From positions 1-39,438 of the forward strand of contig JAPUUO010000003.1 in assembly GCA_026967815.1 (NCBI GenBank): a stretch of 39,438 nucleotides of DNA, given 5' to 3'. This DNA is from Candidatus Bathyarchaeota archaeon. Its GTDB lineage: Archaea > Thermoproteota > Bathyarchaeia > Bathyarchaeales > Bathyarchaeaceae. Shown in pieces: positions 7,504-17,615 of the stretch. How positions within the stretch are numbered: the first letter of the stretch is position 1; each line of letters starts with the position of its first letter. A program made the position numbers and the translations under genes. The notes below the pieces were generated by a model that had not been told where the DNA came from, made no database searches, and saw only the letters and a program-made list of their open reading frames with translations.

Positions 7504-10500
7504 ATGAGGGTTCCCTTGCTTAGAAAAATCTGGGTGATCGGGATTGTAATTCTGTTTCTTGTTGCGAGCTGGACGGTGGTTCTTAGTCGCAATACGTCTG
7601 TCGTAGCTGCAGGGGCTACTATCTATGTTGATGCTGACAACGTCACCGGCCCGTGGGATGGAAGTCATGACTACCCTTATCAAAACCTCACCAGCGGGTT
7701 AGCCCATGCCTCTAACGGTGATACCGTTGTTGTCTTGGGTGGAACGTATAGTGAGAACGTTGTGGTGAACAAGAGCGTAACGTTGACAGGTGAGTCGAAG
7801 CCGGTTATTGATGGGATGAGCGGTCTCTACGGCTTGAATATCACCGTTAACAACGTTACTGTGCAAGGGTTCAACATAACGAATGCGGATTTTGGTATCT
7901 ACACGAACGCTTCGGGGTTCTCCATATTAGACAACGTCTTCTGGTATGACAATTACGGATTCTATTGGAATGTCTCCGAAAGCAGCCTTGCTGAGGATTA
8001 CACCCTCTATGCTAGCACGATCAAATACAACGAGTTTTACCTGAACACCGATAACGCGGCGGTATTTGTTTTTGTCACATTAAATTACAGCTCCAATGTC
8101 GGCTACGATGTTGATGTAGGGGATATTGCAATATGCAGCAATACGTTTTACATGGATGGAACAAGTGCGACCGGCATTGATGTTGAGTATTTCTATGTAG
8201 AAGCTCTTTATGGGGGAACGATTTCTTTCGGCGTCTTTAACATGTCTGGAAATACCATGTCTGGCGGAGCGTATGGCATTGATTTCTGGGGATACCTTGA
8301 AGATCTTCGAGATGTGCAAGCAAGCGTCGGTGATGTGATAATTACGAACAATGCGATGGTAAACCAGTCGTTCGGTGGCATGTACTTTGATTATTATGAT
8401 GGGGACTACTGGTATGGAAATACGGTAGGCACGTACGGAGACCTTGTAATAACGGACAATACGATAACGTCTGTGTATGACGCGGATGGCATCTACCTTT
8501 CAGACATTGGGTACTGGTATGACTTCTATGATTATGCTCGTCTTGAAGTTGGCGACGTGTACATTGAAGAAAATGAAATAGACGTTGGCGGAGACGGAAT
8601 CCATTTGTATGGCACTGAAGCTGGAAACTATTTGTACGACAATTCGTCCTTTACAATGGGGCACGTCCTTGTCAGAGACAACACAATCATCAGCGGCTGG
8701 TATGGAATATACATTGAATTCGAGTATTTTGGCTACGACATGAATGGTAGCTCTTCCTTCACGATGGGCAGCATCCTTGTAAACGACAACACCATCACCA
8801 GCACTGCCGATGGAATCTACGTAAAATACATGGAATATTTTGGAGAAGACATGACCGGCAACTCTTCCTTCACGATGGGTAGCCTCGAGTTCAGCCGCAA
8901 CACAATAGACAGCACCTACGAAGGAATCCATATCGACGACTTACTTGAATTCGGCAACTACATGTCCGACAATTCGTCCTTTGCGATGGGCAGCATCCTT
9001 GTAAACGACAACACCATCACCAGTGCTGCCGATGGAATACACCTGACCGGACCCTACTACTTGGGCTACGACATGAATGGAAAGTCCTCCTTCACCGTGG
9101 GCAACATCCAGTTCAACGGCAACAGCATCACCAGCGGCGGCGAGGGAATATACCTTTCTTACTTAGAGTACTACGGACAGGGCCTGCACGACTCATCCTC
9201 CTGGTTAATGGGCAACATCCAGTTCAACGACAACACCATCACCAGCGACGACTATGGAATGTACATCGGCTACATCGATACTTTTGGCGACGACATGACA
9301 GGTAACTCCACCTTCACGATGGGTAGCCTCGAGTTCAACGGTAACGTAATCAACAGCACCCTTGATGGAATGTACTTGTTCCAAATCTACTATTTCGGCT
9401 GGGTGTATGACAACGCATCTTTCACAATGGATCACTTCTCTGTAAATGACAACGTCGTTAACAGCGGCGATGATGCGATCCACCTTTATTACATGGAACC
9501 TTTTGGCACGCACGTCTACGACCACGCGTCTTTCACAATGGGTAACATCGAGTTTGACGGCAACCTAGCTAGCAACAGCGATGCTGGCATGAACTTGACG
9601 GATCTGGAAAATGCAATAGTCCGAAATAACATACTGCAAAACAGTTCCTACGGGATCTACCTGCAAAACTCAGGTAACAATTCTATTTACCATAACAACT
9701 TCATCAACAACACAGTTCAAGCCTACGTCACGGTGAACGACAACAGCACGTGGGACAACGGGTATCCGTCGGGGGGAAACTACTGGAGTGACTACAGTGG
9801 CGTCGACGAGTTTAGCGGTCCCGACCAGAATGAGCCCGGAAGCGATTTCCGAGGTGACACCCCCTACGCCATCAACGCCAACAACACCGACCGCTACCCC
9901 TTCATGATCCCCCGTGAAACGACTCCGCCCACCATTGTCCTCCTGTCTCCCGAGAACACGACTTACGCGCTAAGTACTGGCATCTCGCTGACTTTCACCC
10001 TCGATGAGCCGGCTGCATGGATCGGCTACAGCATCAACGGACAAGCCAACGTGACTCTCACGGGCAACGCCACGCTGCCGACCCTCCCGGACGGGTGGCA
10101 CCACGTGACCATCTATGCAAATGATACCTTCGGCAACATGGGAACGAACACCGTGTCCTTCACCGTGGACACCACGGCTCCAGCAGCCCACGCGGGTCCG
10201 GATCAAACCGTCGACGAAGATACCGCTATGACCTTCGACGGCTCCGCTTCAACCGACGACAACGGCATTGCCACGTACACCTGGACCTTCACGGACGGGA
10301 CGCCTCAAACCTTGAGCGGCGAGAATCCCATCCACACGTTTACTACACCTGGAACCTACACCGTGACCCTTGAGGCGACAGATCCCGCAGGTAACACTGC
10401 GACCGACACTGTCGTGATCACCGTGCTTGACGTCACTACACCGGTCGCCGATGCAGGAACAGACCAAACAGTGAATCAAGGAGCAAGTGTCGCTTTTGAC

Positions 10501-10782
10501 GGGGGCGGCTCAACGGATAACGTGGGCATCGCCAGCTATGCATGGGACTTCGGCGACGGAGCATCTGCGACCGGCAGAACGACGACTCATGAATACGCGA
10601 ACGCCGGCACCTACACGGTCACGTTAGCTGTTGAGGATGCGGCGGGCAATCAAGCGACTGACACCGCAGTGATCACCGTGAACCCGACCGAAGCTTTTCC
10701 AATGTGGGCTGTGGCGGCAGTTGGCATCGTAGCAGTGGGCATAGTCATCGCAGCAGTGATCTTCTGGAAAAGGCGAAAATAG
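7504..10782 (+). CDS. Cell-surface protein: signal peptide, NosD/pectin-lyase-like parallel beta-helix with 36-37 aa tandem repeats, Ig-like domain, 2 PKD domains, C-terminal TM anchor
   Basis: IYVDADN..GPWDGS..YPY; NNSIYHNNFINN; WDNGYPSGGNYWSDY; PKD motifs YTWTF/YAWDFGDG..GTYTVTL; ends in hydrophobic helix + WKRRK; alternative start 7477. Confidence 0.9.
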   Translation: MRVPLLRKIWVIGIVILFLVASWTVVLSRNTSVVAAGATIYVDADNVTGPWDGSHDYPYQNLTSGLAHASNGDTVVVLGGTYSENVVVNKSVTLTGESKPVIDGMSGLYGLNITVNNVTVQGFNITNADFGIYTNASGFSILDNVFWYDNYGFYWNVSESSLAEDYTLYASTIKYNEFYLNTDNAAVFVFVTLNYSSNVGYDVDVGDIAICSNTFYMDGTSATGIDVEYFYVEALYGGTISFGVFNMSGNTMSGGAYGIDFWGYLEDLRDVQASVGDVIITNNAMVNQSFGGMYFDYYDGDYWYGNTVGTYGDLVITDNTITSVYDADGIYLSDIGYWYDFYDYARLEVGDVYIEENEIDVGGDGIHLYGTEAGNYLYDNSSFTMGHVLVRDNTIISGWYGIYIEFEYFGYDMNGSSSFTMGSILVNDNTITSTADGIYVKYMEYFGEDMTGNSSFTMGSLEFSRNTIDSTYEGIHIDDLLEFGNYMSDNSSFAMGSILVNDNTITSAADGIHLTGPYYLGYDMNGKSSFTVGNIQFNGNSITSGGEGIYLSYLEYYGQGLHDSSSWLMGNIQFNDNTITSDDYGMYIGYIDTFGDDMTGNSTFTMGSLEFNGNVINSTLDGMYLFQIYYFGWVYDNASFTMDHFSVNDNVVNSGDDAIHLYYMEPFGTHVYDHASFTMGNIEFDGNLASNSDAGMNLTDLENAIVRNNILQNSSYGIYLQNSGNNSIYHNNFINNTVQAYVTVNDNSTWDNGYPSGGNYWSDYSGVDEFSGPDQNEPGSDFRGDTPYAINANNTDRYPFMIPRETTPPTIVLLSPENTTYALSTGISLTFTLDEPAAWIGYSINGQANVTLTGNATLPTLPDGWHHVTIYANDTFGNMGTNTVSFTVDTTAPAAHAGPDQTVDEDTAMTFDGSASTDDNGIATYTWTFTDGTPQTLSGENPIHTFTTPGTYTVTLEATDPAGNTATDTVVITVLDVTTPVADAGTDQTVNQGASVAFDGGGSTDNVGIASYAWDFGDGASATGRTTTHEYANAGTYTVTLAVEDAAGNQATDTAVITVNPTEAFPMWAVAAVGIVAVGIVIAAVIFWKRRK
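8600..9600 (+). repeat. Intragenic 108-111 bp tandem repeats (>=9 units)
   Basis: Equivalent codons at 8656, 8764, 8875, 8986, 9097, 9208, 9319, 9427, 9538; ATGGGCAGCATCCTTGTAAACGACAACACCATCACCAG is identical at 8764 and 8986. Confidence 0.9.
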
Positions 10783-10799
10783 TTTCGCGCGCGCAGTCA

Positions 10800-11396
10800 T
10801 TATTGCCTGAAATGCTTTTTGAAGACCTCAAAAATCTCCTCAGGCCTTTCCAGAATGAACACATCATCCATGGTGGCTAGCTTCTTCACATGTTCTACAT
10901 CTTCTTTTCTTATCCTCAATTTAAAGTCTCGTCCATTAGGAAGTGTCGTAATTATTTCTCCTTCTTTGTAGTCAGAAGGCATTATGTAAACGGGAACGAA
11001 GCCTTTTAGGCCCATGATTGCTGCGTTGCAGAGTAATGTGTCTGCCATTCCCGTTGAAATCTTTGCTACAGTATTGGACGTCGCTGGAGCAATCAACAGG
11101 AATTCAAACTTTCCCGTTTGCAATTGACCTGCCAGAAACGGCGTATTTGCATCGATTTCAACCCGAATTGTGCCAAAATTCTCTTTTAAACGATCAGCCA
11201 GCCTATAGTATTTGGCGACAAGGTTTCCTGCTCTGGAAAGATAGACTATTATGTCGACCCTTCCTTGATACTGCTTCTTTATCCTCTTCATAATCTCAAC
11301 AGTTTCGACTAGGCGGTCACCGCTTCCTGTTATTCCCCAGGCAACTTTCCTTATCTTCTCTTTCTCTTCTTTCTTCAGTTTCATTTCCACAACCAT
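10800..11396 (-). CDS. afpA: Archaeoflavoprotein AfpA (HFCD flavoprotein family)
   Basis: KVAWGITGSGD, PFLAGQLQTGKFEFLLIAPATSNTVAKI..G.ADTL. Confidence 0.85.
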   Translation of the reverse strand: MVVEMKLKKEEKEKIRKVAWGITGSGDRLVETVEIMKRIKKQYQGRVDIIVYLSRAGNLVAKYYRLADRLKENFGTIRVEIDANTPFLAGQLQTGKFEFLLIAPATSNTVAKISTGMADTLLCNAAIMGLKGFVPVYIMPSDYKEGEIITTLPNGRDFKLRIRKEDVEHVKKLATMDDVFILERPEEIFEVFKKHFRQ

Positions 11397-11400
11397 GTTT

Positions 11401-12003
11401 CTAACCCCTAATCTTGTTTTCGAACCTCAATTGCTCCAAGAGCCCTGCAAACTTCTCAACAGATTTCTTCAAGCTTCTGAAACCTTCGTCATCCTTTTTC
11501 ACGCCCTCCAGAGTGTCTTTTGACCAAAAAGTTGCCCCCAAGTTTGCTCCAAAGGAACCGCCGCTAATTGGAAGGATGCCGTTTAGAATGTAAAATGTTA
11601 TGATTTGCTGAATTGCCAGTTCTTGTCCGCCGATTCTGTCTCCTCCAACTGCCATTGCCATACCGACTTTATGCTCGAAAACGGTGCGGTCTGCTGCAAC
11701 TAAAGCTCTACATCTGTCCATAACAGCCTTTGTTTGTGCACTAATTCCACCGTTATAAACGGGTGACGTGAATATTATTCCTTTGGCATCTTTGAGCAGA
11801 GGATAGAGCGAGTACATGTCATCCTTAACTGCGCACTCTTTGTTTTCCAAGCAGTAGTCGCAATGCCTACAGAACCCAATGTCTTTGCCTCTGACGGTGA
11901 AGAATTCCGTTTTGAACCCAATCTTTTCCAGCATGTCCAAACCTTTTCTTAGGACATATTCAGTTGCCTGTTTTCGTGGGCTCCCACAAATGCCAACTAT
12001 CAT
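11401..12003 (-). CDS. Iron-sulfur flavoprotein (flavodoxin-fold, Isf-like)
   Basis: GICGSPR, CxxCxxCx5C (CRHCDYCLENKEC), SPVY, KAVMDR, GGQE. Confidence 0.9.
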   Translation of the reverse strand: MIVGICGSPRKQATEYVLRKGLDMLEKIGFKTEFFTVRGKDIGFCRHCDYCLENKECAVKDDMYSLYPLLKDAKGIIFTSPVYNGGISAQTKAVMDRCRALVAADRTVFEHKVGMAMAVGGDRIGGQELAIQQIITFYILNGILPISGGSFGANLGATFWSKDTLEGVKKDDEGFRSLKKSVEKFAGLLEQLRFENKIRG

Positions 12004-12331
12004 GGTACTTCATCAGACTTCTATAATTGTTAGAGTCAATAAAGGTTGCCGAGATGCTTGGCAAGTCGATAGGCTATAGATGGCAAAGCTGCACGCGCAG
12101 TTATGACCATTTTCCTTTTTCGAGTTTGAGTCTCCAAATTTGCTTTTCCCCAGTTTCTAAGCTGAGTTGCTTGACTATGCTCGCAGGAACTATTGCCTAC
12201 ATGTGGCGTGGACGTTAGGATTTACCTCCATATCTTAATAACCCGCTTGCTTCACCAGTTGGCACGTCTAAAGAATCGGTAGGTGCAAACAATCATAAAG
12301 GGCTGAGCTACAATTGCGGTGTTGACCTAAA

Positions 12332-13309
12332 ATGCTCAAAAAGATCACAGTTGTTCCTTTGGCAGCAGAGAGTTTCGGCGTGCGCTCAATGTGCTGTTAT
12401 GTTGAAACTCCTGATTTGAAACTTCTTTTAGATGCAGGCGTATCGCTGGCTCCCAGGCGTTTCGGGCTGTCTCCTCACCCTAAAGAGTATGAAGCCTTGG
12501 CTGAATGTCGCAAAAAAATAGCAGACGCGGCTGACAAGGCTGAGGTTGTCACCATAAGCCATTACCATTTTGATCATCACACACCGTCCTACACGGACTG
12601 GTGCAATAATTGGTCTTCTGAGGAAGTTGCGAGGCAAATCTATGAGGGAAAAACGGTCTTGGCAAAAAACTATAGGTCTAAGATTAATGCCAGTCAGAGA
12701 CGCCGTGGCTGGATGTTCTCCAAAACCGGTGGTAACTATGCTAAAAAATTACATTATGCAGACGGCAAAGCCTTCGAGTTCGGTGAAACCAAACTAAGAT
12801 TTTCTGAACCAGTTTTTCATGGACCCGAACATTCGCAGCTTGGCTGGCTGTTAATGGTAACTGTCGAACATGAAGATGAAAGGTTGCTATACACCTCTGA
12901 TGTTCAAGGTCCAATGGCTAACTCTACTTTACAGCTGATTTTAGCTCATAATCCACAGGTGATGATCGTTGGTGGCCCTCCAACCTATCTGGGTGATCTC
13001 GTAAACCAAGAAGATGTACAACGTGGTCTCCAAAACTTGGAACGATTAACCAAAAACGTTCCATTAACAATCTTAGACCACCACATTCTGCGCGATGAAA
13101 GATGGACGATTCTGACCCAGCCAATTTTCGATTCAGCATCAAAAGCTGATCACAGAGTTGTTACAGCAGCCGAATTTTTGAGAAAGCAAAACAACATGTT
13201 AGAATATCAAAGAAAGAAGCTCTTTGAAGTTGAGCCCCCACGCATGGAGTTCAGTAAATGGATGAAACTGCCACGCTTAAGAAGGAAACTGACCAAGCCT
13301 CCAACTTAA
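12332..13309 (+). CDS. Metallo-beta-lactamase-fold hydrolase (UPF0282-like)
   Basis: AAESFGVRSM, LLDAGVSL, ISHYHFDH, SDVQGP, DHH.LRD. Confidence 0.88.
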   Translation: MLKKITVVPLAAESFGVRSMCCYVETPDLKLLLDAGVSLAPRRFGLSPHPKEYEALAECRKKIADAADKAEVVTISHYHFDHHTPSYTDWCNNWSSEEVARQIYEGKTVLAKNYRSKINASQRRRGWMFSKTGGNYAKKLHYADGKAFEFGETKLRFSEPVFHGPEHSQLGWLLMVTVEHEDERLLYTSDVQGPMANSTLQLILAHNPQVMIVGGPPTYLGDLVNQEDVQRGLQNLERLTKNVPLTILDHHILRDERWTILTQPIFDSASKADHRVVTAAEFLRKQNNMLEYQRKKLFEVEPPRMEFSKWMKLPRLRRKLTKPPT

Positions 13310-13463
13310 TTGGTGTGCGCCCTGAAATGTCGAAACCGATGGCTAATTGTTCCGCATGCTTAAATCGAAAACTAGAATATATCGCTTCTTGAAGGACGAC
13401 ATTTATAGAAAAAAGGTATCATTCTATTCCTAGAGAGAGAATAGAAAACAAAAAAGCGTCCTA

Positions 13464-13661
13464 TTGGTGTTAGAGATGCAAGACCTCAACCTGATAGTGG
13501 CAAAATACTATTTGCCTAACGCGTTGTTTGTCGGTCAAGTTGAAGAGATCATCGACATGCTGACTGAGCGGTTAACGCAGCGTTTTTCACATGACCAAGC
13601 AGTGATCAAAGCAAACCACCTTGTGGCAAAATACTACTTGATGGTTAATGCCGAAGCTTAA
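13464..13661 (+). CDS. Small hypothetical protein with duplicated VAKYYL motif
   Basis: 65 aa ORF; GTGGCAAAATACTA repeated at 13497 and 13623. Confidence 0.5.
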   Translation: MVLEMQDLNLIVAKYYLPNALFVGQVEEIIDMLTERLTQRFSHDQAVIKANHLVAKYYLMVNAEA

Positions 13662-13775
13662 AAACCGCCCATGCATGTGCGGTGCGAGTACGTGCATCAA
13701 GTGTCTATATTCCTGATTCATAATGCTTTTCCATCAGAACCTCTTATGTGTTGATAGCAAAGAGGTAGTGTTTAA

Positions 13776-14246
13776 TTGCCGAAAAGCACCCAAAAAACCA
13801 TAGTTGCACGAAGTTCCAATCAAATTCTTGGCTTAGTCCTTACCGTTGTGGGGCTGACACCTATAATTGTTGTATTGCTGAACGCTTGGACCTCAGGAAT
13901 TTCCCTTTTGAATCTTTCAGCACTATACGAATTTCTCTGGTCAAACCCATTTTACATTGGCTTCGGAATAGGATTTGAACTCTTCTACCTGGTCATTGTG
14001 GGCACTGTGATAATCATCTCGGGCCTTGCTCTCTTAGCCCGTAAAATGAGACAGATTGAAGAGGTGACGGTTGTAACCGATGACTTAGCGGTAACATTAG
14101 AATGTACTGTCTGCAAACACAAATGGAAAGAACACTTCTCGGAAGCGCAACTGCAGGCTATGGGATTCCCCCAAAACCGAACGATTTCTCGGAGAAGATG
14201 TCAGGAATGTCGAAAATTCACTCGCCCCAAGATAATGGGGATCTAA
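13776..14246 (+). CDS. Membrane protein with C-terminal zinc ribbon
   Basis: Two TM segments, then CTVC...CQEC. Confidence 0.7.
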   Translation: MPKSTQKTIVARSSNQILGLVLTVVGLTPIIVVLLNAWTSGISLLNLSALYEFLWSNPFYIGFGIGFELFYLVIVGTVIIISGLALLARKMRQIEEVTVVTDDLAVTLECTVCKHKWKEHFSEAQLQAMGFPQNRTISRRRCQECRKFTRPKIMGI

Positions 14247-14851
14247 TTCTCGCGCGCAACTCCTTGTTTTACATTATCTGATATTGAAACGCTAGAGTCC
14301 TTATATCAGAGAACCAGTTAAGAAGAAATGTGAGAAGAAATCAAGAAGCGGGTGGTGGGCATGTTTGCTCCGCGCGCTGGAAAACCAAGACGGAAGCAAC
14401 TTCTAACGGCTCTTTCTTCTTCTATATGGCTCCTACGTCTTCAAGACGTTAGCTAGAATCTTCAGGCTCCTGCAACACCTAACAGCTCTTACGGAAATCG
14501 CATAAATGTTGTTGTCGTAGGGGTCTTAGTGACAACAACACACAAGCTCCTCACAATTGCCAAGGATCTGCTTAGCCCAGAAGCGACCCTCAAAATCTGA
14601 TTAGTCAGCGGAACCATGAAGAACAAGCCAGAAGAGTCGAGGGTTATCGTCAACATCCTTTTTCGATGGGAGTTGTGGTGGAGAAGCAAACAGCTCCCAA
14701 CACCACCACAACTGCAACCGCAGACAAGAACGCAAGTTCTTAGTTCGGTAAATAGTGAACATCTCAGGTTTGTGTCAGATCCATGGCGTTTGCCATACCT
14801 TCATCCGTTGCTTAAACTTTATATTAATCCAAACGTATTGCGATAATGTAA

Positions 14852-15499
14852 ATGAGTGGCGAGGATGAGAAACTCAGTCTTCCCGGCGTGGTTAAACGCT
14901 TGATAAAGCGTGTTAGGGCTTTCTTTCAAAGAACTAGAATGTATCTACGGATTACACAAATGAGCCCTATTGCCAGAAGGTACTTCATCAAGAATGGTTT
15001 TGACGGTTCGATGACTCTTCTTGGCATCATTGTTGGCTCTTGGATCGTTGGAGTTACAAAACCAGAAATAATTGTCACTGCAGGGTTAGGAGCATGTCTA
15101 GCCATGGGGTTGTCTGGAATCTTCGGCGCTTACATGACTGAAAGAGCTGAGCGAATGAGACATCTTAAGACGCTGGAAGATACTATGCTTTCTGATCTCA
15201 GCGGTTCCGTCTTGAGTGACGCTTCTGACTTTGTTTCTTTATATGCCGCATTTGTTGACGGTGCGTCACCCATATTGACAGCGGTGATCGCTATCATTCC
15301 CTTCATTCTCACGTTGACTGGAACGTTTGCAATCTGGGACGCCTATATTGTCTCACTCGCTCTCACATTGGCCACATTGTTTTCTTTGGGTCTTTATCTT
15401 GGAAGAATCGCGAAAGAGAACATGTTGTTGTACGGTGCTATAACGCTTGCCGCTGGAGTAATCACAATAACTGTAGCACTCATTTTGGGTGCTATTTAA
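14852..15499 (+). CDS. VIT1/CCC1-like membrane protein (TIGR00267-type)
   Basis: ARRYFIKNGFDG, AMGLSGIFGAYMTERAER; paired with a DUF211 gene. Confidence 0.82.
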   Translation: MSGEDEKLSLPGVVKRLIKRVRAFFQRTRMYLRITQMSPIARRYFIKNGFDGSMTLLGIIVGSWIVGVTKPEIIVTAGLGACLAMGLSGIFGAYMTERAERMRHLKTLEDTMLSDLSGSVLSDASDFVSLYAAFVDGASPILTAVIAIIPFILTLTGTFAIWDAYIVSLALTLATLFSLGLYLGRIAKENMLLYGAITLAAGVITITVALILGAI

Positions 15500-15583
15500 T
15501 CTCTTTAAGTGGTCACGTCTTGATTAGGTTCAGAATAATAGTTAAATATGTTGACGATAAGAACTATGACGAGAAGCTCTAAG

Positions 15584-15880
15584 ATGATTAAAAGACTTGT
15601 CCTCGACGTCTTAAAGCCACACAACCCAAGCGTCGTCGAACTTTCTGAAGCACTCAGCCACCTTGAAGGCATAGACGGAGTAAACGTCATTATCTACGAG
15701 ATAGACCAGCAAGTTGAAAACGTAAAGATCATAATCGCTGGAACCAGTATAGACTTCGAAAACATCAAGAAGAGACTAAAAGAAATGGGAGCAACCATTC
15801 ATTCCGTTGATGAAGTTGCGGCGGGCAATAGAATCGTTGAGGAAGTAGGAACGCCTCAGGATAAATCTGCCCGAATGTAA
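15584..15880 (+). CDS. DUF211 family protein
   Basis: IKRLVLDVLKPH.P, GATIHSVDEVAAG; start moved to ATG 15584. Confidence 0.85.
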   Translation: MIKRLVLDVLKPHNPSVVELSEALSHLEGIDGVNVIIYEIDQQVENVKIIIAGTSIDFENIKKRLKEMGATIHSVDEVAAGNRIVEEVGTPQDKSARM

Positions 15881-15995
15881 GATGCTCTAGGATTCCTTGT
15901 TATGCTCCATGGAATCTATCTTTGCCTATCTTGGATTTCTTCCAAAAAACAGAATACAGGTCAGAATATCTCCTAGATCCTATCAAACAAAGCTG

Positions 15996-16093
15996 TGGTG
16001 CGGCCGCCGGGATTTGAACCCGGGTCGTCAGCGCTCTGCGTTTCGTGTGGATTTGGCAGGCTGATGTCCTAATCCAAACTAGACTACGGCCGC
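15996..16093 (-). tRNA. tRNA-Gly(GCC) with 20-nt intron at 37/38 (16034-16053), encoded CCA
   Basis: GCGGCCG acceptor stem, TCAGC-CT-GCC-A|intron|C-GCTGA, GGTTCAAATCC T-arm; CTGC/GCAG central helix with a relaxed (BHL-type) splice motif. Confidence 0.95.
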
Positions 16094-16183
16094 TGCATCT
16101 TCTTATCTAGGTTTCGCAAAGAGTCTTAAAGCTTTTCTCAAGGAAAGGTTAAAGAACTCGGAAGTTGAATTTCGGTTTCTAAA

Positions 16184-17467
16184 ATGAAGCTTTGCGGAAG
16201 GTTGCCTTTGGGACTTGTTGAGCCTTTAATCGCTTTTGTTGTCTCTTTTCTTTTCCTTGGAATACTGGTGTATAAGCGTGTGGGTTTAGGGATAACCCTA
16301 ACTATCACTGCAATAATTTTGAGCCTGCTTTCTCTAGAATTAGGTAGTATCACTAACGTTTTTTGGGAAACATCAAGGGATCCTGTTACAATTTCGCTTT
16401 TGTTGGCAACTTTCGGGATAATGCTGCTAAGTCAGCTCTACAAGGAAACAGAATTCGCAGAGATGTTGAGCCAAAGTCTAAGTGAAATTCTCAGGAATTC
16501 CAAACTTGTCGTGAGCGTGCTTCCAGCAGTTGTCGGACTTCTTCCTGTTCCAGGTGGCGCTTTGATGTCGGCGCCTATGGTGGAGGCTGAAGCAAACAAG
16601 CTTGAGTTGAAAAAGGATAGGCAAACTTACGTGAACATCTGGTTCAGGCATACAATTTTTCCGGTCTATCCGATGAGTTCATTTTTTGTGCTTGCCGTTG
16701 CGCTTACTGGGGTGTCTGTGATTTCGCTTATAACGAGACAGGTACCCGTGGTAGTTGCGATGGTGGTCTTTGGATTTCTCATAGGGTTTTGGAGGGTCTC
16801 GTCGGTTGAACATGGAGCCGCGAGAAATGGTTTGGGTACAAACTTGAAGTTTCTTGTGAAGGCTTTTGCGCCCATCTTAGTTATGATTCTTGCTATAGTG
16901 GCTTTCAACATTGTACGTGCTAGGGAAGATCTTAACATGTTTTCAATTCCTATGGATGCGACTTTTGATGTTTCAGTAGCTGCGTTTTTAGGCGTGGGGG
17001 GGCTGCTTCTAATTGCAAAGCCGGGGTTAAACGTTTTTTCGCGACCCTTTAGAAGTAAGGGTATCTACGAGGTTACTTTGGCGGCGTTTGGCGCTATGTT
17101 GTTGAGAAATGTCACTATGGCTTCTGGGATTTCAGAATCTTTTGGGATGTTGATAGCTGGAGGAAACGTTAGCGATGTTGTGTTGTTGCTGACGCTTCCA
17201 ACGGCGTTGGCGTTTCTTATGGGGACTCCATCTGGAGGCTTGGCGATAAGTGTTTCAATGTTGGCTGGAACACTGAGTTTCACACCTAAAGTGGCGAGTT
17301 TGCTTTACATGGTCACGTATCTCGGGTATTTGGGTGCTCCTACTCATCTTTGTCTTGTTTTTACCGCGGATTATTTTAAATGCTCTTTAGGCAGGCTTTA
17401 TCGGTATTTGTTTCCATCTTTGGTAATGTCTTTTCTAGTGGCAGTTCTTGTTTATTTTTTGCTCTGA
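16184..17467 (+). CDS. DUF401 family membrane protein (putative transporter)
   Basis: PAVVGLLPVPGGALMSAPMV, N.WFRH..FPVYP, PTHLCL..T..YF; true start may be a few codons downstream. Confidence 0.85.
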   Translation: MKLCGRLPLGLVEPLIAFVVSFLFLGILVYKRVGLGITLTITAIILSLLSLELGSITNVFWETSRDPVTISLLLATFGIMLLSQLYKETEFAEMLSQSLSEILRNSKLVVSVLPAVVGLLPVPGGALMSAPMVEAEANKLELKKDRQTYVNIWFRHTIFPVYPMSSFFVLAVALTGVSVISLITRQVPVVVAMVVFGFLIGFWRVSSVEHGAARNGLGTNLKFLVKAFAPILVMILAIVAFNIVRAREDLNMFSIPMDATFDVSVAAFLGVGGLLLIAKPGLNVFSRPFRSKGIYEVTLAAFGAMLLRNVTMASGISESFGMLIAGGNVSDVVLLLTLPTALAFLMGTPSGGLAISVSMLAGTLSFTPKVASLLYMVTYLGYLGAPTHLCLVFTADYFKCSLGRLYRYLFPSLVMSFLVAVLVYFLL

Positions 17468-17615
17468 TGTCGAAATCTGTTGTTTTTGATGTTGAGAATC
17501 GGATTTGAACCGTAGAAAAATGAGGTGATGTCTTTCACGAACTTGCAGTTTTCCTTGGGATCATATAGGTTTATCTATTTCTTCTCGAATCTTTTTCGAA
17601 GGTTGAGGTTTAAGA

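Noticed and set aside
8600-9600. CRISPR array or DGR template/variable repeat
   Set aside because: Repeats are in-frame coding units without unique spacers, differences are not confined to adenines, and no cas or reverse transcriptase gene is in the window.
17485-17550. GGATTTGAACC (tRNA T-arm complement) or a fourth integrase tail (LRIGFEP*KNEVMSF)
   Set aside because: No cloverleaf around it, and the protein similarity is too weak and lacks the terminal KRK*; ambiguous.
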